A model generated the notes under the pieces. That model saw nothing but the letters and a program-made list of their open reading frames with translations. It searched no databases and was not told where the DNA came from. From NCBI GenBank assembly GCA_022616535.1, contig JAKEEM010000010.1, positions 21,769 to 85,768 on the forward strand: a DNA stretch of 64,000 bases. The letters run 5' to 3'. Of this stretch, positions 16,886-27,015 are shown one piece after another (the first letter of the stretch is position 1; every line of letters begins with the position of its first letter). This DNA comes from Chlorobiota bacterium (GTDB lineage: Bacteria; Bacteroidota; Ignavibacteria; Tepidaquicellales; OLB5). Made by a program: the position numbers and the translations under genes.

Positions 16886-18337
16886 ATGAAAAACAGCTCC
16901 CTGGTAAATATCCTTAGAAAATTTACTCCCAAAGAGATGAAGGAATTCAGAGAGTTTATTAACTCACCTTTCTTTAATAAAAACAAAAACGTAATCAAGC
17001 TTTACGATATTATTAAAAAGGCATATCCAAAGCTTGAGGATGATAAGCTTAATAAAGAAAAAGTATTTGCAAAGCTGTTTCCCGGCCAAAAATATAAAGA
17101 CAGCACTATGCGGCTTTTAATGTTTTATCTATACGAAGCTGCTGAAAAATATATAGTCTTTCAAAAAATGCTTTCTGATAATTTTTCTGTTAAGGAGAAA
17201 CTGCTGACTTCACTCAGGGAAAGGGACTTGCTAAAAGAAAGCCAGCGTGTAGCACGGGAAATTGAAGCCGAATTTAAAAAAACTTCATTGAAAGACGAAG
17301 CTTACTTTATGAACCGCTTTTTGTATGATTTTGAATACCTCAATCTTTTGGATATTATACACATAGGTAAATATGAGAAATATCTTACCAAAAACCACAC
17401 GGAAAGCGCACTGAGAAATCTTACATATTACTATCTTGCTCGCGCGCTGAAATTCTATACCATTATTATTAATACACAAAAATTACTAAACGTAGAGTTT
17501 GATTTTAAATTCTTCGAAAAGATTATTAACTCAATTAATATTGATGATTTCAGTGACTCTCCCGTTATAATGCTTTATTACAGTACTGTAATGGCTCTGC
17601 AGAAGCCGAATGAGGAGAAATACTACTACGAGATGAAAGAATATGTTCAAAAATATGAAAAAGAACTTGACTTGGATAACCTTTTGGATATTTATGTTAA
17701 TCTCGAAAACTACTGCATAAGGAAATCGAGAGTCGGGAAAAAAGAGTTTGACAAGGAATTGTTTGAAATATATCGGCTTGAGCTTGATAAGAAACTGTAC
17801 CTTCACCATAACCAGATGACACACCATTTTTATAAAAGCGTCGTTATTACCTCGCTTGATTTAAAGGAATTTGAATGGACTGAGAATTTTATAGAAAAAT
17901 ACAAAAATGAGGTAGTCGCTGAGTTCAGGGATTCCGCATACTATTTTTGCTTGTCACGTGTCGAGCTTAAGAAAAAAAATTTTGAAAAGTCGCTTGAATA
18001 TCTCTCCAAGGTCCGCACCGATGAAATTTATATGAAAACAGAAACAAGATTAATGCAGGGAGTGCTTTTTTACGAGCTAAACCTTGATGACCCGCTCAAT
18101 TCGCTTACCGATACTTTAAGGCATTTTTTCAAAAACCAAAAGTTTATTGCCCGGGACAGGCTGATTTTTTACCACGATTTCGTTAAATCGCTATCAAAGC
18201 TTAACAGCTTGAAGAATAAGAAAAATGCTTTTGAAGCTGAAAAACTAAAGGAGCAAATCGAGTCCAAAGACAAGGTTTTTATGAAAAAATGGCTGGTTGA
18301 AAAGACAGAGGAATTGTTATCAAATAATAAAACTTAG
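16886..18337 (+). CDS. all-helical (TPR-like?) protein of unknown function, 483 aa
   Basis: Long ORF rich in K/E/L/Y and predicted helical throughout. N-terminus LRKFTPKEMKEFREFINSPFFNKNKNV. No catalytic motif. Confidence 0.6.
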   Translation: MKNSSLVNILRKFTPKEMKEFREFINSPFFNKNKNVIKLYDIIKKAYPKLEDDKLNKEKVFAKLFPGQKYKDSTMRLLMFYLYEAAEKYIVFQKMLSDNFSVKEKLLTSLRERDLLKESQRVAREIEAEFKKTSLKDEAYFMNRFLYDFEYLNLLDIIHIGKYEKYLTKNHTESALRNLTYYYLARALKFYTIIINTQKLLNVEFDFKFFEKIINSINIDDFSDSPVIMLYYSTVMALQKPNEEKYYYEMKEYVQKYEKELDLDNLLDIYVNLENYCIRKSRVGKKEFDKELFEIYRLELDKKLYLHHNQMTHHFYKSVVITSLDLKEFEWTENFIEKYKNEVVAEFRDSAYYFCLSRVELKKKNFEKSLEYLSKVRTDEIYMKTETRLMQGVLFYELNLDDPLNSLTDTLRHFFKNQKFIARDRLIFYHDFVKSLSKLNSLKNKKNAFEAEKLKEQIESKDKVFMKKWLVEKTEELLSNNKT

Positions 18338-18637
18338 GAATTTTATAAACTATTTTCTTTGCAAAGCTAAAGCAAATCCTACAGTAAATAGAATAATAAA
18401 AGACCCTACGCAAAAGACCACTTTCTTTCACAGAAGAAATTATACTCGCAAATAATTGAAAGCAGTAACAATTTTATTAGGTCACTCAGGAAAATAATGA
18501 AATTAAATTCATCGACTGCTGATATGAAAGATTTGTCAGGCTTAAAAGAGGAAATAACATCAACTAAAAATATGGTCAGCAGAGAGTGGCTTTTGGAAAA
18601 AGCTGAAGAAATCAATAAAGCTAAGAAGACATTTCAT

Positions 18638-19279
18638 TTAAGGAGCTAAACGCTCTATTTTCCACCCATCTTTCTCTTTCGTATATTTTATCCTGTCGTG
18701 AAGCCTATTTTCGCGCCCCTGCCAGAATTCATAAACCTCAGGTATTAGTCTGTACCCTCCCCAGTATTCAGGCAGCGGTACATCGGTTCTGAATTTAAGC
18801 AGGTATTTCAAAAACTCCTTTACAATAACCGTGCGGCTTTCAATTACGGAGCTTTGGTTCGATGCCCATGCTCCGAGCCTGCTTTTGTAAGAACGGGTTT
18901 TAAAATATGCCTCGCTTTCTTCTTTTGCAACTTTCTCTATCTTGCCTTCTATTCTAACCTGTCTTTTTAGGCGGTCCCAGTAAAATAAAATACAGCCGTT
19001 GGGATTTTCACCAAGCTCCTTGCCCTTTCTGCTGTTATAATTTGTATAGAAAACATATCCTTTTTGATCGTATGCTTTCAAAAGCAGCATTCTTGCCGAG
19101 GGTTTTCTTTCTTTTGAAGCAGTCGCCAGAGTCATGGCTGTTGGCTCAACATAATCTGATTTTAAAATTTCATCATACCATAATTTAAACTGATTTAAGG
19201 GGTTTTTATCAACAGAGTTTACAGATAATTTTTCTTTTGATGCTTCTTTTTCTAAATCCTGAAATTCCTTATCATTCAT
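18638..19279 (-). CDS. pdxH: pyridoxamine 5'-phosphate oxidase
   Basis: 213 aa. RMLLLK, WGGYRL, EFWQGR..RLHDR, C-terminal RLAP. Confidence 0.9.
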   Translation of the reverse strand: MNDKEFQDLEKEASKEKLSVNSVDKNPLNQFKLWYDEILKSDYVEPTAMTLATASKERKPSARMLLLKAYDQKGYVFYTNYNSRKGKELGENPNGCILFYWDRLKRQVRIEGKIEKVAKEESEAYFKTRSYKSRLGAWASNQSSVIESRTVIVKEFLKYLLKFRTDVPLPEYWGGYRLIPEVYEFWQGRENRLHDRIKYTKEKDGWKIERLAP

Positions 19280-19299
19280 AATAATCTTTTTTTTCTAGT

Positions 19300-19698
19300 C
19301 TATTTCTTACGAGGAATTAAAAATGCATGCCCGCATTTCTCAAATCCTATTTTAGGGTAATACTCCATCGAATCCGGCGCGGCAAGCAAAACAATATTTG
19401 ATTCCTCGCCGATTTGTTTCTGCACCTCGTTAACCAGCTCATGACCTATACCATGTCTTTGATATTCCTTATCGACAGCCAAATCGCTTAAATAAGTGGA
19501 ATATGCAAAATCGCTCACCGCCCTTGCAACTCCCACGAGCTTGTCACCATCCCAAGCGGTAACGATAAGGTTGGCATTATCTATCATTTTCTTAATTCTG
19601 CTTAAATCGTCATAAGGCCTTTTAATGCCGGAGGACTCGAATAATTCTGCAAGCTGGTGAGGTTCTATTTTAGCATTTACCTTATAGGTTATAACCAT
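19300..19698 (-). CDS. GNAT family N-acetyltransferase
   Basis: YQRHGIGHELV acetyl-CoA binding motif. 132 aa. Confidence 0.8.
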   Translation of the reverse strand: MVITYKVNAKIEPHQLAELFESSGIKRPYDDLSRIKKMIDNANLIVTAWDGDKLVGVARAVSDFAYSTYLSDLAVDKEYQRHGIGHELVNEVQKQIGEESNIVLLAAPDSMEYYPKIGFEKCGHAFLIPRKK

Positions 19699-19837
19699 TA
19701 AACACTGTTTTAATTAAGGAAACGGGCTTACAGCTCCCTTTTACCCAATAAAATAGAAATTTTACCCTTTTTGTTCCTTTAATTTACTGATTTTTTAATA
19801 ACTTCTAAAGGTGAAATGCAATATTCATTTGCTATTG

Positions 19838-21268
19838 TTAGGCAGAATACCCCTTTTCGCCGTCGAATGTATAAAGATTTTCAGTTTTAATAAAATCGTA
19901 ACCTTCGTTTTTAAATTTTTCAAGTTGGCTGATTATCATGTCAAAGGTAACCGCGTTTCCTTCAAAGCGGCATCTCCAGTGGTCAACGCAGAACGTTTCT
20001 TCAAGCCCCCCGGGCCAAATTTTAACGCCCCGGTTTGAAATTCCCGTCAGCTTTAATCCTTCTACGGAGATATTTTTCAGCTTTTCACCAAGCTCTTTTG
20101 CAGAGCCCTCGCGCCAGTGAAGAAAAATATCGACCCCTGTCAGTTCCTTTTTAGCGGGGGTTATGTTTCTGTAATCGTAATGAGGATATGTTTTCACATC
20201 AAAATCTTTATAGTTTACGGTTTTTAGTGTTTCGGGCTTTTTGCCGAGCCGTTCAATCACGGCTCCAGAGAATTGTTTGGTTCCCACTTTCTTTTTGCTG
20301 ATACCATCCCTGTAAATATCGTATGTATGCACACCATCTTCAAGTGTTTTAAGCCACGCGTTATGGACTTTCGACGCAATTTCGGATTGATTGATGTGGG
20401 CAAGCATCATAACGGCTCCGAGCAGCAGCCCTGACGGGTTGGCGAGATTCTGTCCCGCTCTTCTTGGGGCTGAGCCGTGAATTGCCTCGAACATCGCGCA
20501 TTTATCACCGATGTTTGCCGAGCCTGCAAGCCCAACAGAGCCAGTCATCTGTGCGGTTACGTCGGATAATATATCGCCGTAAAGATTTTCCATTACAATT
20601 ACATCGAAGCTTTCCGGCGAGGTTGCAAGCTTCGCGGCGCCTATATCGACTATCCAGGTTTCCTTTTCTATACCAGGGTATTCTTCTCCAATCTTATCAT
20701 ATAATTTATGAAACAGCCCGTCGGTGATTTTCATAATATTGTCCTTCATAAAGCAGGTAACTTTTTTTCTTCCGTTGGAGCGTGCGTATTCAAAAGCGTA
20801 GCGGATTATTTTTTCCGAGCCGGGCGATGTTATCAGCTTCAAGCCCTGCATTACCTGGTCGGTCTGTCGGTATTCGATTCCAGCATATAAATCCTCCTCG
20901 TTTTCACGCATTATTACCACGTCCATAACAGGATGCTTGGTTTCTATATACGGATGGTAAGAAACACATGGTCTCACGTTTGCGTAGAGTCCCAATGTTT
21001 TGCGTGTTGCGACGTTTAAGCTTTTAAATCCGCCCCCTTGGGGGGTTGTAATAGGGGCTTTCAAAAATACTTTTGTTTTAAGCAGTGACTGCCACGAGGA
21101 TGGTTCAATTCCTTCTGCAATGCCCTTCAAGTACACTTTCTCACCGATTTCAATTACTTCAATGTCAATCATCGCTCCGGCGGCTTTGATTATATCAAGG
21201 GTTGCCGACATTATTTCGGGACCGATTCCATCGCCGTATGCAACAGTAATGGTTGTATTTTCAGACAT
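19838..21268 (-). CDS. icd: NADP-dependent isocitrate dehydrogenase (about 480-aa type with C-terminal extension)
   Basis: GDGIGPEI, LNVATRK, MENLYGDILSD, EAIHGSAP. Confidence 0.9.
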   Translation of the reverse strand: MSENTTITVAYGDGIGPEIMSATLDIIKAAGAMIDIEVIEIGEKVYLKGIAEGIEPSSWQSLLKTKVFLKAPITTPQGGGFKSLNVATRKTLGLYANVRPCVSYHPYIETKHPVMDVVIMRENEEDLYAGIEYRQTDQVMQGLKLITSPGSEKIIRYAFEYARSNGRKKVTCFMKDNIMKITDGLFHKLYDKIGEEYPGIEKETWIVDIGAAKLATSPESFDVIVMENLYGDILSDVTAQMTGSVGLAGSANIGDKCAMFEAIHGSAPRRAGQNLANPSGLLLGAVMMLAHINQSEIASKVHNAWLKTLEDGVHTYDIYRDGISKKKVGTKQFSGAVIERLGKKPETLKTVNYKDFDVKTYPHYDYRNITPAKKELTGVDIFLHWREGSAKELGEKLKNISVEGLKLTGISNRGVKIWPGGLEETFCVDHWRCRFEGNAVTFDMIISQLEKFKNEGYDFIKTENLYTFDGEKGYSA

Positions 21269-21395
21269 TTATTATCCTTTCGAAAAAATCCGCTCACTCT
21301 CTTAATTAGAAGAGGTATCGGGGTGAGGTTATAGGTTAAAGACACAAATTTACTTAAATTAAGAGTAAAGTTAAATGATAAATGGTGATATGTTC

Positions 21396-21890
21396 TTATG
21401 CGGTTTCTCTTATAAATGTTATAAAATCCGTCGATGAAAGCTCTGTATGTCCAAGATTTCTGAGCATTGTGATAAGCTGCCCTCTGTGGAAAGTGGAATG
21501 GTTCATACAGTGCAGAACGGTATCGCAAACAGGGTTTTTATTTGGTTTGCCTTCCATAGATTTGTATTCAAAATCCTGCGTAAGCTCAGCTTCTGATTTG
21601 CTTTGAACAAAATCGATGAAAAGCTGAGATTGACCCGTGAATAATTCAACAAACCCATCAAATGAACCGTTAAAGCTTTCACTTGGCCAATCGGTGAGGG
21701 ATGTTCCCGAAAGACGATTATACCAAATCTGTTCCGCATCCCATATATGGTATACGGTTTTCCTTATTGTGCTGAAGCTGCTTAAAAGCTCTTTATCCAG
21801 CAGTTCAGGTTTTATATTTTTCAAAAACCCGGTAAGTTTTGTATTTGCCCAAAGGTTATAATTTGTATATTTTAAAAGGAGCTCTTTCAT
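21396..21890 (-). CDS. DinB family protein
   Basis: 164 aa, four-helix-bundle pattern with conserved His residues (VYHIWDAE, HCMNHSTFHRGQ). Confidence 0.75.
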   Translation of the reverse strand: MKELLLKYTNYNLWANTKLTGFLKNIKPELLDKELLSSFSTIRKTVYHIWDAEQIWYNRLSGTSLTDWPSESFNGSFDGFVELFTGQSQLFIDFVQSKSEAELTQDFEYKSMEGKPNKNPVCDTVLHCMNHSTFHRGQLITMLRNLGHTELSSTDFITFIRETA

Positions 21891-21894
21891 TTTT

Positions 21895-22587
21895 TTATTT
21901 TCCCTTCGGTTTATTAATATCTTCTCCCTCTATTACATTGCCCGATGAGTAGAAATAATCGTTTACTTTAGTAAGTATTATCCTTCCTTCCTGAAGCTCC
22001 CATTTATTGCCCATGCTTACAGCAACCTGTTCATTCATTTCAGAGACTTTGTAAAGGCATTCACCGAGCCAGATATTTTCATCATCTTTCATCAGGAAAT
22101 CACCGGCGGGTTCTTTGTTATAATAAACTTTTACTTCGGCATAGGAGGAATCTTTATCTTTTTTAACCGATGCTATATTCCAATCAAGAGTATCAATTTT
22201 AAATGTTTTGGATTCATACCAAAGTATTGTATCCTCGCAAATCTGAATAGGCACTACAGGCGGTACTTTTGTTAAGGTAACATTGCCTTTATTTTGATTT
22301 AACCCAGATTTGGTGATTGATAAAACATAATAAAAACATCCTTCTGAGCCGGAAATTGTGATTTGGTCGCCTTTTTTGTATCCACCTGTGATTGACTTTG
22401 AGTTTGGGCTTCCCAATACCGAAATATCGGCTTTAATTATCCAGTCGTTCATCCAGATTCCGTCAACAATTACTTCGCGTCCGCAGATTTCGGTGCTTCC
22501 ATTTTCGGGAATTTTGATTTGCTCCTGTGCATTCTGAGCGGAAACAATAAAGAAAAAGATTACAATATCGGTAATTAAGCTTTTCAT
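21895..22587 (-). CDS. secreted hypothetical protein
   Basis: Signal peptide MKSLITDIVIFFFIVSAQNAQ. No recognised domain. Confidence 0.5.
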   Translation of the reverse strand: MKSLITDIVIFFFIVSAQNAQEQIKIPENGSTEICGREVIVDGIWMNDWIIKADISVLGSPNSKSITGGYKKGDQITISGSEGCFYYVLSITKSGLNQNKGNVTLTKVPPVVPIQICEDTILWYESKTFKIDTLDWNIASVKKDKDSSYAEVKVYYNKEPAGDFLMKDDENIWLGECLYKVSEMNEQVAVSMGNKWELQEGRIILTKVNDYFYSSGNVIEGEDINKPKGK

Positions 22588-22618
22588 TGTTATGTTTTCC
22601 TTGTTTTATTTATTAATT

Positions 22619-23941
22619 CTAAGCGCGTTCCAAAGCGGCATTTGTATCACACTGTTTTTGAATTCCAAGCAATCTGAATGACAAAACAAAAACGAGATAT
22701 ATTACACCTGCCGAAATGAGGAATGTCATTGCGCCGATAGCAGAATAAAGTATACCGCCAAGTACCAACCCTATAATGCTTGCAAGGCTCCCGAGGCTGC
22801 CCGCAAATCCCTGCACAGAGCCCTGGTACTTTTTACCTGCCGCTTTTGAGAGCAGAGATAATACAGAAGGCCACATCAGTCCGTTGCCAAGCGCGAAGAA
22901 TACAGTTGAACCGAAAATTACATAAGTATTTTCCGATAGCAGCATAAGGAATGTAATGCCGAGAATAAAATTACCTGCGACAATTAAGACGCTTTCGGAA
23001 AGCTTTTTGGAAACGCGGCTGAGAACGGGACCCTGTACAATTACCATCAGGAGACTGAGGACCGAATAATAAATTCCCATTTGGCTTATAGTCCATTTCA
23101 TTTTTTCAAGCACGTGTATAGGGAAAGCGGTGTAGAAAAAGTTGAACCCTAAAAATATAAGGAAATACAGAAATAAAATAAAAGATATATATGGAATTTT
23201 GAAAACTTCTTTTAGCTCAATTTTCTTTTCATCCTTTTGCTTGAAGCATTCCTTGTTCTCAAATCCCATAACTTTCTTTATGTCATTGGGGTTATCGGAA
23301 TACTCAGCGGGCTTTGATTCAGGCAGGTAAAACCATATCAGAACTGCAGCCGCAAGTGAAAGAAATACTGTAGCAAGAATTGGTATCAGCTCGCCATACA
23401 CAGTAGCGCCAAGCAATCCCGCCAAAGCAGGGCCCGCTATAAATCCCAGGTTTGATGAAACCGACATTTTGCCGAAGTTACGGTTACGGTTTTTCTCATC
23501 AGTTATATCTGCGAGGTATGCATTTGCTACGGAAATATTTCCGCCGGTAATTCCGTCAACTGCGCGGGAGAGGAAAAGAAGTATAAGGGGAAAAGTCAGC
23601 GAGAAAATTCCTAAAGCAGATGAGTTTACAGATGTAATGACTGTTACGGGAACAAAGACAGCTATTACAAAAATTATCCATCCTGCAACAGTCCCAGCCT
23701 GGCTTAAAAATAAAATTTTCTTTCTTCCGTAAATATCCGACCACCTGCCTAAAACAGGCGCGCCGATGAGCTGAAAGGCAGGGTAAACCGCACCCATAAT
23801 CCCGTAAACAAGCGCGTTGCCGCCGAATCTGGTTACGACAAATACTAAAAATGGCAGTACAATGCTGAAGCCAAGAGTCCCGATGAAATTTACAAGCAGA
23901 ATCGGGAACAGGGGGATATTTATTTTATTTGTCTGCTCCAA
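22619..23941 (-). CDS. MFS transporter (TetA/TCR-like efflux family)
   Basis: About 12 TM segments, with the MFS motif GRWSDIYGRKK between TM2 and TM3. Confidence 0.85.
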   Translation of the reverse strand: MEQTNKINIPLFPILLVNFIGTLGFSIVLPFLVFVVTRFGGNALVYGIMGAVYPAFQLIGAPVLGRWSDIYGRKKILFLSQAGTVAGWIIFVIAVFVPVTVITSVNSSALGIFSLTFPLILLFLSRAVDGITGGNISVANAYLADITDEKNRNRNFGKMSVSSNLGFIAGPALAGLLGATVYGELIPILATVFLSLAAAVLIWFYLPESKPAEYSDNPNDIKKVMGFENKECFKQKDEKKIELKEVFKIPYISFILFLYFLIFLGFNFFYTAFPIHVLEKMKWTISQMGIYYSVLSLLMVIVQGPVLSRVSKKLSESVLIVAGNFILGITFLMLLSENTYVIFGSTVFFALGNGLMWPSVLSLLSKAAGKKYQGSVQGFAGSLGSLASIIGLVLGGILYSAIGAMTFLISAGVIYLVFVLSFRLLGIQKQCDTNAALERA

Positions 23942-24001
23942 CTGAATTGAAATTATTTTGCAATATTAAACATTCAAATGTTATTTTAGCTGGAATTAAT
24001 C

Positions 24002-25137
24002 TTAAAACTTACCGCTTATTCCCATAATAAGGTTAGCTTCACCCTGAGCATTTTTACCGAACAAAGATATACCGTATCCTAAAGTAAAGCTGAATTTTGA
24101 TTTATAGAAATTTTGATTGAGGTAAATTCTTATTGTCCCCGAACTCCCTCCTTCCAGAATTGTAATAAACCCTGTTGGAGTTATGTTTCCATTCATCCTC
24201 GAAAATCGGTAAGGTATTGCTCTGTCAAACTCATCCCCGCTTCCTTTAAAATACTGGAAATGCAATGCAGCATTTAAGCCGAATACGCAGTATAATCTGC
24301 AGCAACATCAGCTATTATATGATTTCCAGTTTTGACCTGTGCTTCATAAGGATTTGCCTCAATAAAGCTGTTCATTTCATTTTCAGATATTTGTACAGTA
24401 TCATAAAGAAACGGAAACCCTATTCCGTAAGGTTTAGGGGTGAACAATTCCTTAGATGCAGGATAAATTAAAATAAACTTTCCTCCTGCTGTAAACTTGA
24501 ATTTTTTGTGCTTAAATGATATATATGCCGTTACATTATTGGTGATGCGGTCGCCGTAACCACCGTGAGGATTATCCAAATATCGTTTTGGCCTTGATGT
24601 CGGCAGAGATAAACCGGCTCCCGTGTAAAAGCTGAAGTTTTTAACAATATTAATTCTTCTTGTATAAGATATTTCCGCGTCCTGAAACGGACCCCTTGGC
24701 TTAATGAGTTGGGGTTGGGGTTTAACATCGGTAGTTGATGAATAGGACTTCATTTCTGTAAAAGTAAACGGAAGCCTTAAGACAATTTTATTGTGTTTTG
24801 CGAAATGATATTCTCCTGTTAATACGGCTCCGTGCTTTCTGAAATATCCTCCCTGGTCAGTTCCTTTATTATATTGAAAGAAAGACATTTTTATGTCAGC
24901 GGAACTGCCGTCATCATCAAAGTATTTTTCGGCTGAGGAATAATTGTAAGACAGTGAAATTTTGAAAGTATTTTTTTGCTCAATGAAAGGAGCGTCTCCG
25001 GTAAGTTCCCATAGCTGCTGCCTCACGGGAAAGTTAAAGTCGGCGGGAGTTAAAAAATCCTTTCCCCTGCTGATAAATTGTGAATAAGTTAAACTATATG
25101 TCAAAAAAATCAGATAAATTAGTATTTGCTTATACAT
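24002..25137 (-). pseudogene. outer-membrane beta-barrel protein, apparently frameshifted
   Basis: The 287-aa ORF has a signal peptide and ends ...ADYTAYSA*. The following 87-aa ORF has no signal and ends GISGKF (barrel terminus). One extra base in the roughly 33-nt junction window ending at the stop (24274-24276), for example at 24279-24280, gives ...ADYTAYSGLNAALHFQYFKG... Confidence 0.6.
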
Positions 25138-25191
25138 AGTATACAGTTTAAATTAAGTTCAAATTATTTTTTAACTTAAGCAAGACATAAA

Positions 25192-25216
25192 TAAAAAGGA
25201 GACATTAAATATCTCC
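25192..25216 (-). terminator. rho-independent terminator
   Basis: AGGAGA (9-nt loop) TCTCCT followed on the minus strand by TTTTTATTT. Downstream of the S8 peptidase gene. Confidence 0.55.
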
Positions 25217-25243
25217 TTATTAGCAGTAATTATGAAATGGAGT

Positions 25244-26902
25244 TTACTTAATAAAAGTCATTTTCCTTACGTCAGAGAAATTTTCGGTTACCAGTTTATA
25301 AAAATAAACACCGCTTGGTAGATTGTTTGCGTTAAACGTTTTATTATAAGAACCAGCTTTTATAGTTTCATTCACTAACGTTGCTACTTCTTGACCGATG
25401 GCATTATATATTTTCAAACTTACAAATCCCTCTTTTGGAACATCAAAAGAAATAATTGTCGAAGGGTTAAAGGGATTAGGATAGTTCTGGTAAAGTCTGA
25501 ATAATGCGGGGATACCTGTATTTTGATTTCCTATTGCCGTTAGATTTTGCATCAGTAAAGCGCTGTTGTGCAGGTTTAATCTTCCTCCTGAAACAGTTAT
25601 GTTTTGAAGCGAGGGTTTGGGGTCAACGCCCTGCAGTATTTTTTGTTTTACAATAAGCGAGTAAGGACCCGGGCTGGATTTATAGGCCTGTATCCACCAT
25701 GAAGGCGCCACATTATACATAAAAGCAATTGCGCCTGCAACATGCGGTGTAGCCATTGATGTTCCTGTTGAAAGACCATAATTACTTGCCGATGTTGTAG
25801 ACAATATGCTCGTTCCGGGAGCGCCAAGGTCAATTGTAAGCAGTCCATAGGCAGCACCTGAGTTTTTAGCATCGGTATTTGTAGTATTTGTAACGGAAAC
25901 CATCCACTCGCTTGGGCAGGCAGTCGGTATATCGCCTGTAACGTCTATATTAATGTTCAAATTAGCTGTTGCACAGGCGTTAAGTATTCCCGCTGTTCCG
26001 AGCGAATCATAAAAAGCACACCAGAGGGGATAGTTTATGGGCTGACCATAATCAACCCCGAATGATGAATTTGTCGATACAACGAAAGCCCCTCTCCCGC
26101 CGTTTGTCTCATCATAAACTCTTCTTTGTTTTAATACATATCCGTAAGCTCTCACAACAATTGCCTCTGTACCCGATGAACCTTGAACCGGCATTATTTT
26201 AATATTCCAGTTTACCCCGCTTACGCCTAAGCTGTTATTTCCTAGTGCACCTGCGGTTCCAGAAACATGTGTTCCGTGAGTTCCGCTCGCTGTAATATTC
26301 CCTGTCTGATTGTATGCATTCCATCCGTTGTAATCGTCTATATACCCGTTGCCGTCGTCGTCTATGTTATTTCCTGGTATATCATACCAGTTCTTCCAAA
26401 AAACTAAATCTAAATGATTTAAGTAGAATCCTCCGTCAACAACTGCGACAACAATCGTATCGCCCATAGCTGTTAATCCGCTGGTTGTTAGTTCCCAAGC
26501 CTCAGGTGCATCAATGTCAGCGTCAGGTGTCCCGCCTGTTTGTCCTGTATTATGCAGCGACCACTGCTCTCCGAATCTCGTGTCGTTTGGGAAAATGGAA
26601 CGCTCTGTTACATAATGGTTAAACTGAGCAATTGCTACCGAGCGGTGCTTTCTAACCTCGCTTAAGACTAAATCCGCATTTCTTGCCGAATAGTTATAGC
26701 TGAACAGCCATATATTCATATATTCAACAACCGGCTCTTTTACGCTTAGCCCGATAAAACCAAAATCATTTGTTAACGCCGAAGTGCTTTGGTTATGCTT
26801 TAGCATAACAAGCAGCTCGCCGGGAACATAGTTGTTATCAGCTGAAATTGAGCCCGTTGTTAAAATTGCAAATAATGTTAAAAGTAATAAAAAAGTCTTC
26901 AT
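25244..26902 (-). CDS. subtilisin-like S8 serine peptidase with T9SS C-terminal sorting domain
   Basis: Triad motifs VAVVDGG, HGTHVSGT, GTSMATPHVAG. C-terminus YQNYPNPFNPST...GVYFYKL...RKMTFIK. Confidence 0.9.
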   Translation of the reverse strand: MKTFLLLLTLFAILTTGSISADNNYVPGELLVMLKHNQSTSALTNDFGFIGLSVKEPVVEYMNIWLFSYNYSARNADLVLSEVRKHRSVAIAQFNHYVTERSIFPNDTRFGEQWSLHNTGQTGGTPDADIDAPEAWELTTSGLTAMGDTIVVAVVDGGFYLNHLDLVFWKNWYDIPGNNIDDDGNGYIDDYNGWNAYNQTGNITASGTHGTHVSGTAGALGNNSLGVSGVNWNIKIMPVQGSSGTEAIVVRAYGYVLKQRRVYDETNGGRGAFVVSTNSSFGVDYGQPINYPLWCAFYDSLGTAGILNACATANLNINIDVTGDIPTACPSEWMVSVTNTTNTDAKNSGAAYGLLTIDLGAPGTSILSTTSASNYGLSTGTSMATPHVAGAIAFMYNVAPSWWIQAYKSSPGPYSLIVKQKILQGVDPKPSLQNITVSGGRLNLHNSALLMQNLTAIGNQNTGIPALFRLYQNYPNPFNPSTIISFDVPKEGFVSLKIYNAIGQEVATLVNETIKAGSYNKTFNANNLPSGVYFYKLVTENFSDVRKMTFIK

Positions 26903-27015
26903 TTTATTTAAATATGATTTAATTAATAATGTAATAACGTTAAATATAAGGATGTTAGAAATGAATTACAACATATTTGCCTTAGGAAGAAGTAACTGAA
27001 TATGACTAAAAGTAT

